Origin: Candidatus Omnitrophota bacterium
GTDB lineage: Bacteria; Omnitrophota; Gorgyraeia; Zapsychrales; JAKLDJ01
NCBI GenBank assembly: GCA_022703585.1
Contig: JAKLDJ010000007.1
Coordinates: forward strand, 25,338 to 89,337
Length of the DNA stretch: 64,000 nt
Reading direction: 5' to 3'
Notes under the pieces: model-generated
The model's database searches: none
Told to the model about the DNA's origin: nothing
What the model saw: only the letters and a program-made list of their open reading frames with translations
Part shown: positions 56,778-64,000 of the stretch, piece by piece
Position numbering within the stretch: the first letter of the stretch is position 1
Layout: each line of letters begins with the position of its first letter
Position numbers and translations under genes: made by a program

Positions 56778-57501
56778 GATCCTTATCTCGCCTGTTGCTT
56801 TTAACGAAAACGTAAAATTAAAAAGCGTTATTCAAAGGTTTATCCAAAGCCGCGTTTTCGGCCAAATGGATTATCTGATTATTGACGACGGCTCTACCGA
56901 TACGACCAGCGAAGTTATCAGGAGTTTTGCCCCGCAGAATATCGGGACGATCAAGCATGCGCAGCGAACCGGGGTCGGCGCCGCTATTCGCACGGCAATC
57001 ACCTATGCCATAGAAAAGGGTTATGAGGTTTTGGTGATTATGGCCGGCAATGATAAAGATAACCCCGAAGAGATTCCGGCCCTGGTTGAACCGATCATTA
57101 AAGAAGGCTATGACTTAATTCAGGGTTCGCGCTACCTAAGGCATGATGGTACGGGCGGAGATATGCCCGGTTACAGAAAAGTTGCTGTCAGGGTCCACTC
57201 GTTTCTTATCTCGCTGTTAACACACAAAAAGATAACCGACAGCACTAACGGATTTAGAGCGATCAAGCTTTCGATTTTTAAGGACAAGCGCATTGACATT
57301 AACCAGGAATGGCTCAATACCTATGAGCTTGAGCCGTATCTTCTTTTTAAGGCGATTACGTTAGGTTATAAAGTGAAAGAAGTCCCGGTGACCAAAATAT
57401 ATCCGGCCAAGAAACTGGGCTATACAAAGATGAAGCCGATTACCGGCTGGTGGAGTATCCTCAAGCCCCTATTTTATCTGGGGCTGGGGATTAAAAAATA
57501 G
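56770..57501 (+). CDS. Family-2 glycosyltransferase (Dpm1/polyprenol-phosphate sugar transferase-like)
   Basis: Has the YLIIDDGSTDTT motif and a DxD-like region. Confidence 0.8.
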   Translation: MNKILISPVAFNENVKLKSVIQRFIQSRVFGQMDYLIIDDGSTDTTSEVIRSFAPQNIGTIKHAQRTGVGAAIRTAITYAIEKGYEVLVIMAGNDKDNPEEIPALVEPIIKEGYDLIQGSRYLRHDGTGGDMPGYRKVAVRVHSFLISLLTHKKITDSTNGFRAIKLSIFKDKRIDINQEWLNTYELEPYLLFKAITLGYKVKEVPVTKIYPAKKLGYTKMKPITGWWSILKPLFYLGLGIKK

Positions 57502-57589
57502 CTTCTCGTTTTTCTTAAACGCCGATAGGGATTTTCAGGTATTGCCGGTTAAGATATAGTTTTACCCAAGGAAAGCGGAAACGTAAAAC

Positions 57590-58288
57590 ATGAAGAAATG
57601 TATCAAATGCCAGATTATTTTTTATACAGCCAGCCGTATCCGTTGCCTGTATTGTGATTCCCAGCTGGAATCAGCCTCCATGGAAGAGGTCATGCAGCTG
57701 GGTTCCGAGACGACGAACCGGGGCAAGATGTCCAGAATCCAGGAATCAATCAGCCATCAACGCTCGCAGTATCTGGTCAGCAGTTTTTTTAGGGCACGTT
57801 CGTTTTCTTTTGTCTATGCCTTCAGCCGTAATCAGCTAAAAATGGGGAAACAATTCAAGCGATTTCTTGTCCAGCCTCTGGATCTTACTTTTTTTATCAA
57901 GATTCCCTGGGTCTTGATCGATCTTATTGATTCCATTCTTTTTCATGTAGTCTATACGGGATTTTGCCCCCAGTGCGGCTGGAAGCATAAAAAAATGACC
58001 GCTCAGGGTGATCATACGTCGGATGATTGTGTCTACAACAAAGAATATTCGGCCGTGGTCAACGAAATCTTTAGCGGTGAAATTGTCAGAAATGAGGAGG
58101 AATTTGAACGGCGGGCTGGTGAGATTATCAAGCAGGGCAAAAGAAGCGCCTACCATGATTTGTGCTCGCGAAAAAGGGATTTTGAATCCTTTATCGATGT
58201 CATCACGATTCTTATTTCGATGGGGCTTTTGATTTATCTTGTCGTCCGGACCATTTTGCCCATTTTCGGGTCTATTTACGATTTTTAA
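57590..58288 (+). CDS. Hypothetical protein with N-terminal zinc-ribbon-like CxxC pairs and C-terminal TM helix
   Basis: CIKCQ…CLYCDS and CPQCGW…DDC, with a C-terminal hydrophobic segment (ITILISMGLLIYLVV). No known family recognised. Confidence 0.45.
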   Translation: MKKCIKCQIIFYTASRIRCLYCDSQLESASMEEVMQLGSETTNRGKMSRIQESISHQRSQYLVSSFFRARSFSFVYAFSRNQLKMGKQFKRFLVQPLDLTFFIKIPWVLIDLIDSILFHVVYTGFCPQCGWKHKKMTAQGDHTSDDCVYNKEYSAVVNEIFSGEIVRNEEEFERRAGEIIKQGKRSAYHDLCSRKRDFESFIDVITILISMGLLIYLVVRTILPIFGSIYDF

Positions 58289-58398
58289 GTTTTTCTCAGC
58301 CGGCCGGCAGTTCCTGTGTCGCGGCTGCGGCATGAGAAATAAAAAACGAAAATACCGATGAAATAATCTCGGTACCAAAACAGAAGGGAGCCAGTACA

Positions 58399-58656
58399 AT
58401 GAAAAGAATTACCGCATTATGCCTCATGCTCTTTCTTTGCGGATGCAGCTACGGTACGAAGGAAATTAAAACCCTGGTTACCGACCAGCAGTATGTCGAT
58501 TACAAGGCACAGCTGGACAGCGCGGAGAAATCTTATCTTGCCGGCGAGACAACCTATGCTCAGTATCTGAGCAAAAAAGCCCAAATCCAGGATGATTACG
58601 ACAGGGTTATTAAAGGCCGGCAAGAGAGGATTCATGACGATACTATGGGACGGTAA
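58399..58656 (+). CDS. Small lipoprotein of unknown function
   Basis: Has a lipobox (LFLCGCS) and is 85 aa. Confidence 0.5.
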   Translation: MKRITALCLMLFLCGCSYGTKEIKTLVTDQQYVDYKAQLDSAEKSYLAGETTYAQYLSKKAQIQDDYDRVIKGRQERIHDDTMGR

Positions 58657-58697
58657 GATTTTCTTAGGCGCATAACACAATACGGACTTTTACCTAT

Positions 58698-59429
58698 ATG
58701 AAACTCTACGGCAAGAACCCTGTTTTGGAAAGACTGAAGACCAACCCGAAAAGCATACAACGTATCCTTGTGCAGGAAGACCACATTGATGCCGGCTATG
58801 TCCGTAAAAAGGCCAGCCAGTGGGGAATATCCTGCGCTGTTGTTCCCCGTTCCAAGATGCTAAAAATCGGCCGCAACGTCAATATGCAGGGAATCTTGGC
58901 TGAGGTAGACGATTTCGCCTATCTCCCCTTTGACGAATTGCTGGATAACGCCCTAAAACAACATCGGACAATTATATTCTTGGACAATTTAAATGACCCT
59001 CAGAATTTGGGGGCGATTATAAGAAGCCTAGCCTGCCTGGGAGGGTTCTCGATTGTCCTGCCTACGCACGATTCGGTGGAGGTTACGGAAGCGGTTTTAA
59101 GGGTTGCCAGTGGCGCGGAAAATCACATCCCTATCGCTAAGGTAGGGAATTTGAATAATGCTATCTCTCACGCAAAGAAAGCGGGATTTTGGGTGGCGGG
59201 CACGGTGGTAACGGAAGGAAAAGATTTGATGACAACGCCGCTGCTTTTTCCTCTATGTTTGGTGATGGGATCCGAGCAAAAGGGGGTCAGGGATATTATC
59301 CGGAAAAATTTGGATTTATTACTGACGATCCCGATGGCGGCCCCGAGGCTCTCTCTCAATGTTGCCCAGGCAACGACAATATTCTGCTATGAAATCAAAA
59401 AACAAAAAGAAAATCCAGTTAAAACATAA
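58698..59429 (+). CDS. rlmB: SpoU/TrmH-family 23S rRNA 2'-O-methyltransferase (RlmB-like)
   Basis: N-terminal substrate-binding domain plus SpoU methylase motifs (…IFLDNLNDPQNLGAIIRS…, …GSEQKGV…). Confidence 0.8.
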   Translation: MKLYGKNPVLERLKTNPKSIQRILVQEDHIDAGYVRKKASQWGISCAVVPRSKMLKIGRNVNMQGILAEVDDFAYLPFDELLDNALKQHRTIIFLDNLNDPQNLGAIIRSLACLGGFSIVLPTHDSVEVTEAVLRVASGAENHIPIAKVGNLNNAISHAKKAGFWVAGTVVTEGKDLMTTPLLFPLCLVMGSEQKGVRDIIRKNLDLLLTIPMAAPRLSLNVAQATTIFCYEIKKQKENPVKT

Positions 59430-60003
59430 GCCCGCTATCCGGGCGCTTAATTTCTTCGCCGAGGCCGGCCTGTTAAAGAGGGTCAAGCGCAGCGGCTGGT
59501 GGGTGGCAGGGATTAAGGATCCGGAGAGTGTCGCCGACCACTGTTTCCGGTGTGCCGTCATCGGTTATTATCTGGCGCATCTGGAAGGCGCCGATCCTTT
59601 TAAGGTGACCGTGATGGCGCTTTTTAACGATATCCACGAAGCCCGGATTAACGATTTGCACAAAATGGGTCATTATTATGTCGCGTTCAAGGAAGCGGAG
59701 AAGAAGGCATTTAAAGATCAGATGAACGCGCTCGACAAGAAAGTCAAGTCTGAGCTTTCCGGTTTTCGGGAGGAATACGACGGCCAGCGAACCAAAGAGG
59801 GCATGGTTGCCCGGGACGCGGATATCCTGGAATGCTTGGTCCAGGCTAAAGAATATTATGACAGCGGGCACAAGGGGGCCAGGAGTTTCCTGGACAGGGC
59901 CCCGGACTTTCTTAGGACTAAAAGCGCCAGAAATCTCTGGCGCGATTTAAGAAAATGGGACAGCGGGCAGTGGTGGAAGGGTATTGTTAAATTTGAGCGA
60001 TGA
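59389..60003 (+). CDS. HD-domain phosphohydrolase (YfbR-like)
   Basis: HD motif …SVADHCFRCAVIGYYLAH…NDIHEARINDL. The start is uncertain (the listed ORF begins at 59359) and overlaps the rlmB 3' end. Confidence 0.65.
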   Translation: MKSKNKKKIQLKHKPAIRALNFFAEAGLLKRVKRSGWWVAGIKDPESVADHCFRCAVIGYYLAHLEGADPFKVTVMALFNDIHEARINDLHKMGHYYVAFKEAEKKAFKDQMNALDKKVKSELSGFREEYDGQRTKEGMVARDADILECLVQAKEYYDSGHKGARSFLDRAPDFLRTKSARNLWRDLRKWDSGQWWKGIVKFER

Positions 60004-60815
60004 GCATTGCTAAAAGGCGTCTTTTTAGCGCCGCATTATTCTTTGAATCGGTTTTGTTTATTTTTGTCGCGGGGTGTGCGACTCTGTATAATCCTGCGAC
60101 GGGCAGGAAAGAATTTATCATTATCCCCACGGATTACGAAGTTTCGATGGGGAAAAATATTCACAGCCAGATCATCAGCGAATACGGTATTTCTCCCCGG
60201 CAGGCGGATGCGCAGAAGCTCACGCGCATCGGGCAAAGATTGGCAAAGGTTTCCGACCGCCAGGATTACGAATATCATTTTTATCTGGTGGACAAAAAAG
60301 ACATCAATGCGTTTACGACTCCGGGCGGAAACATTTATTTCTTTACCGGGCTTTTGGATAAGTTAAAGACGGATGACGAGATTGCCGCTGTCCTGGCTCA
60401 TGAGGTAGGGCATTGCGCGGCCAGGCATACGATTAAGAAATACCAGGCCGCCTTAGGCTATAATCTTATCGGGGCGCTGGTCTTTAGCCAGGTCAATATG
60501 GGTGACACGGCAAAAGGCACGGCAGCGTTGGCGGCTAATGTTGCCATGGAGCTGGCGATGTCGGCGTATAGCCGCCAGGACGAGTACGCGGCTGACCGGC
60601 TGGGTGTCAAATATATGTATTTGGCAGGTTACGATTTGAATGGTATGATAGAAACTTTAGAGGTCCTTGACAAAGAATCTTCCGGGGTAAATGCCCCTTT
60701 GATATTGCGCACACACCCTTACGTGCCGGACCGGATTAAAGCCGTACGGGAAGAAATTAAGCAGGCACCGATAAAGTATGGACGAGATACGGCCGGGTTA
60801 ACCGAAAAACGTTAA
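60000..60815 (+). CDS. M48-family Zn metallopeptidase lipoprotein (LoiP/BepA-like)
   Basis: HEVGHCAARH (HExxH) and a lipobox (FVAGCAT). Confidence 0.8.
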   Translation: MSIAKRRLFSAALFFESVLFIFVAGCATLYNPATGRKEFIIIPTDYEVSMGKNIHSQIISEYGISPRQADAQKLTRIGQRLAKVSDRQDYEYHFYLVDKKDINAFTTPGGNIYFFTGLLDKLKTDDEIAAVLAHEVGHCAARHTIKKYQAALGYNLIGALVFSQVNMGDTAKGTAALAANVAMELAMSAYSRQDEYAADRLGVKYMYLAGYDLNGMIETLEVLDKESSGVNAPLILRTHPYVPDRIKAVREEIKQAPIKYGRDTAGLTEKR

Positions 60816-60833
60816 ATAAACGGGTAGTCAGAG

Positions 60834-61133
60834 ATGGAAAGAATAGGAATAGCTGCAAGTAAGATCGCCAAGGGCAACCTTCTTTTGTATAACTTTTTCG
60901 TTGTCTTGCTGACGTCTTTATTTGCGCTGTTGATTTTCTTTGTGTCGGGTTCTTCCATTGTTATTGTCCTGGTCGGTATTGCCTATGGAACCAGTACCGG
61001 TTTTCTGCCGGATCTGCAAAGAGGGTGGATTCCTTTTATGATAGTATGCCTGCAGTGCCTGGCGATCGTGGTCGGCATTTTAGCCCTTTGGGTGATTGCG
61101 CGAAATATAAAGTTTCATAAGAAAAGAAGATAA
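60834..61133 (+). CDS. Hypothetical small membrane protein
   Basis: 99 aa with two or three TM helices. Confidence 0.4.
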   Translation: MERIGIAASKIAKGNLLLYNFFVVLLTSLFALLIFFVSGSSIVIVLVGIAYGTSTGFLPDLQRGWIPFMIVCLQCLAIVVGILALWVIARNIKFHKKRR

Positions 61134-61151
61134 AAAGTCTGCAACAGGATT

Positions 61152-63461
61152 ATGGACGACGAAAATATAAATTTTAGAGATTTAATCAACAATCTTAAAG
61201 TCGGCGTCTACCGCAGTGTCCCCAAGCCTCAGGGCGGTTTTCTCTTTACTAACCCTACCTTTGCCGAAATACTCGGCTATACCCCGGAAGAAATACTGAG
61301 AATACCGGCGGTTAAAATATACGAGCATTCCGAGCAGCGAAAATGGTTTCTTAATAAAATCCTTCAGCAAGGCTATGTCCTTGACGAGAAGGTGCGGCTT
61401 CGAAAGAAAGACGGCAGCCTTGTCTGGTGTTCGGTGACTTCGGTTGCTGTTAAAGATTCAAAAGGGCAGATTCAATGTCTCGACGGAGCCATTGAGGATA
61501 TTACCTTTCAAAAAAAGGTTGAGCGTGAGCTTTTAGAGTCAAAAGAATTGTTTAGGGTTGTCTTCGACAATTCGGCCGTCGGCATTACCGTTACCGATAA
61601 AGAAGAAAAGATTATTGCCTGGAATTTCTTCGCCGAAAAAATGCTGGATATGACCAAAGAAGATTTGTTTAATAAACCGGTTAAGGAATTATACCCTCTG
61701 CATGAGTGGCGCAGGATTCGGGGCTTGCGTATTCGACGCCGGGGTATGTTGCCGGATATGGAAACCAAAATTTTAAAGAAAGACGGCACCGCGATTGATA
61801 TCAGTCTTTCCGTGTCGGTTCTTAAAGACCTTGAGGGCAATGTGACCGGCGCAATTGGCATCATGCGCGATATCACCAAACAAAAAACAACCGAGCGCAA
61901 ATTTAAAGAGTCTGAAAATACCATGCGCGTTATTCTGGATAATTCCCCCGTGGCCATTACCCTGATTGATGAGCACGAGCGTATCGTTTCATGGAATCGT
62001 TTCGCGGAAAATCTTTTCGGGATGAAGCGCAAGGATCTCTTTCAGAAGCCGGTCAGTTTTTTGTATCCGAAAGAGGAATGGAAAAAGATCCGCGCCGAAA
62101 ATATCCGAAAAATCGGTTCCAAGCACCATTTAGAAACGAAGGTTATCCGCAAAGACGGCAAAATCATCGACGTGGATTTGTCCATTAACGTGCTGAAGGA
62201 TGCCAACGGTGATAATATCGGCGCTGTGGGTATTATGCACGATATCACGGAACGCAAGCAGGCTCACCACGTGCTTGTTCAGGCCAAACTGGCTGCCGAA
62301 GAATCCAGTAGCGCCAAAAGCCTCTTTTTGGCGAATATGTCCCACGAGGTCCGTACCCCGATGAATGCTATTCTGGGCATGATTGATTTAACCCTGGATA
62401 CTTCATTAACCGACGAACAAAAAGATAATTTAAATACCGCCAAAGATGCCGCCAACAGCCTTTTAAATTTATTGAATGATATTTTGGACCTCTCGCGCGT
62501 GGAGGCCGGCAAAGTCAATTTAGAGACGATTGAATTCAATCTGCGTAATGTCCTGCAGAGTGTCTGTAAGGGGCTGTCGGTGCTGGCTCGAAATAAAAAC
62601 CTGGATTTATTATGGAGCGTAGACGGCCGGGTCCCCGAACTTTTGTGGGGTGACCCGGTGAGGGTGCGCCAGATTATCATCAATTTGGTCAATAATGCTA
62701 TTAAATTTACCCATAAGGGGAAGATTGAAGTCAATGTCAGCCTGGGTTCTCTGCCCGGGGATACATGCCAGCTGATTTTTGCTATTACGGACACCGGGAT
62801 AGGCATTCCGAAAGAAAAACAGGACCTTATTTTTGAGGTGTTTACGCAAGCTGACGATGCCACGACGCGTCGTTACGGCGGGACAGGCTTGGGGCTCGCC
62901 ATCTGCAAACGCTTGGTCGAAATGATGAGCGGAGAAATTTGGGTGGAAAGTGAGCCGGGGGAAGGGAGCAGTTTTAAATTTACGGCTGTCTTTAAGGTTA
63001 AAAAGTCGGAAGGGGGAGCCGCTGTTTCTTTCTCTGAAGTTAAGCAGCCGGTCGTTGCTGATTCTTCGGTGGCAACTTTAGGCCAATTGAAGATTCTGCT
63101 GGCAGAGGATAACGTAGTCAATCAGAAGATAGCCATCAAGATATTGGAAAAGAAAGGCTGGGCGGTTAAGACCGTTGAGAATGGCCAGGAGGCTTTAGAC
63201 CTGCTTAACAAAGAGGGTTTTGATATTGTCCTGATGGATGTCCAAATGCCCCGCCTCGACGGATATGAAGCCACAAAGCTTATCCGGGAAGAAGAAAAAC
63301 AAACTGGCAAGCATATACCTATTGTGGCTATGACGTCTCATGCCATGACGGGCGATGAGGAAAAATGTTTAACCGCGGGCATGGACGGGTATGTTTCCAA
63401 GCCCATTGACCGCATGCGTCTTTATGAGGTTGTTGAAAATATTACAAAAAGGAATAAATAA
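61152..63461 (+). CDS. Hybrid sensor histidine kinase: three PAS domains, HisKA, HATPase_c, C-terminal receiver
   Basis: H-box [17 protein letters not shown]-box [31 protein letters not shown], receiver [14 protein letters not shown]…VLMDVQMP. Confidence 0.85.
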   Translation: MDDENINFRDLINNLKVGVYRSVPKPQGGFLFTNPTFAEILGYTPEEILRIPAVKIYEHSEQRKWFLNKILQQGYVLDEKVRLRKKDGSLVWCSVTSVAVKDSKGQIQCLDGAIEDITFQKKVERELLESKELFRVVFDNSAVGITVTDKEEKIIAWNFFAEKMLDMTKEDLFNKPVKELYPLHEWRRIRGLRIRRRGMLPDMETKILKKDGTAIDISLSVSVLKDLEGNVTGAIGIMRDITKQKTTERKFKESENTMRVILDNSPVAITLIDEHERIVSWNRFAENLFGMKRKDLFQKPVSFLYPKEEWKKIRAENIRKIGSKHHLETKVIRKDGKIIDVDLSINVLKDANGDNIGAVGIMHDITERKQAHHVLVQAKLAAEESSSAKSLFLANMSHEVRTPMNAILGMIDLTLDTSLTDEQKDNLNTAKDAANSLLNLLNDILDLSRVEAGKVNLETIEFNLRNVLQSVCKGLSVLARNKNLDLLWSVDGRVPELLWGDPVRVRQIIINLVNNAIKFTHKGKIEVNVSLGSLPGDTCQLIFAITDTGIGIPKEKQDLIFEVFTQADDATTRRYGGTGLGLAICKRLVEMMSGEIWVESEPGEGSSFKFTAVFKVKKSEGGAAVSFSEVKQPVVADSSVATLGQLKILLAEDNVVNQKIAIKILEKKGWAVKTVENGQEALDLLNKEGFDIVLMDVQMPRLDGYEATKLIREEEKQTGKHIPIVAMTSHAMTGDEEKCLTAGMDGYVSKPIDRMRLYEVVENITKRNK

Positions 63462-63463
63462 TC

Positions 63464-63823
63464 ATGGAAAAAGAAGTGATTGACCTTAAGGAAGTTTTGG
63501 AAAGGGTCCAGGACGACCGGGAGCTATTGATTGAGCTTCTGGAAATTTTTACGGATGATTGCCCCTTGAAATTAAAAGCTATCCGGGAGGCCGCGGCAAA
63601 GAAGGATTTTGTTGCCCTTAAAGATGTTGCCCATTCGATGAAAGGTGCCTCCGGCAATATATCGGCGAAGCCGACCTATGCGGCCTTTCTTGAGATCGAG
63701 CAAATGGCCAAGGACGGAAATCTTGGCGATATTGAGCGCCCGCTTAAAGAAATTGAAGGCCAGCTGGAACAGCTCAAGGCCTATGCCCGGAAACTGGAAG
63801 AAGACTTAAACGCGGCGTCGTAA
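63464..63823 (+). CDS. Hpt-domain phosphotransfer protein
   Basis: 119 aa with the Hpt motif HSMKGASGNISA. Confidence 0.8.
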   Translation: MEKEVIDLKEVLERVQDDRELLIELLEIFTDDCPLKLKAIREAAAKKDFVALKDVAHSMKGASGNISAKPTYAAFLEIEQMAKDGNLGDIERPLKEIEGQLEQLKAYARKLEEDLNAAS

Positions 63824-63879
63824 GACGGGTTGACAGAAAATACTCCCCCCGCCTTAAGGCAAGGCGAATTTCCACCCCA

Positions 63880-64000
63880 TGAAACCCGACCTCAACGGCA
63901 CCATTTACAATCTTAAATTCTCAAAGATAGTCGCGCTGCTTTGCGCCTTGGGTTTTCTCGCCTACGCCAACGCGATATTTCATCCGTTTGTACACGATGA
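63880..64000 (+). CDS. 5' end of a further gene (3' truncated by the window), probably a third TPR/GT-C paralog
   Basis: MKPDLNGT…ALGFLAYANAIFHPFVHDD parallels the N-terminal TM helix and F-x-FDD loop of the 48515 and 50588 proteins. Confidence 0.4.

Overview
The window is a 64-kb chromosomal segment of a moderate-GC (about 50%) bacterium. The gene content suggests an anaerobe. No rRNA, tRNA or CRISPR elements were recognised. Almost all genes are on the + strand, in this order:

1. A large CHASE/PAS sensor histidine kinase with two stand-alone receiver proteins.
2. A three-gene RND efflux operon.
3. A TPP riboswitch upstream of a Thi4-type thiazole synthase.
4. A sulfur-amino-acid locus: an Fe-S Rrf2 regulator, a 28-codon Cys/Met-rich candidate leader peptide, a YezD-like small protein, an outer-membrane barrel protein, metY and cysK.
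5. A six-gene Ehr-type complex-I-like module whose NuoC-NuoD fusion 'large subunit' has lost both Ni-Fe cysteine motifs.
6. An AT-rich islet (lipase class 3, DUF2007 membrane protein, acidic small protein, ORF6N gene) flanked by dense repeat blocks.
7. A complete Mbh/Mrp-type group-4 [NiFe] hydrogenase operon with intact Ni-binding motifs, followed by a HycI-type maturation protease.
8. Housekeeping genes (trxA, DJ-1/PfpI, panD, def, lipA, an Mla ABC system, yggT, ybaB, greA, rlmB).
9. A glycan-biosynthesis neighbourhood with tandem TPR/GT-C paralogs, a MocA oxidoreductase, a hexapeptide acetyltransferase and a GT2 glycosyltransferase.
10. A hybrid histidine kinase with an Hpt protein.

The signals most worth follow-up are:
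- the side-by-side catalytic and Ni-free complex-I-like modules;
- a GGGAC-palindrome repeat family present at two loci;
- a CACAGAT/ATCTGTG dyad array inside the Ehr operon;
- the repeat-bounded low-GC islet;
- the Cys/Met-rich leader ORF with a downstream terminator;
- a structured leader with mutually exclusive helices upstream of cysK.

Coordinates of short motifs are read by eye and may be off by 1-2 nt.
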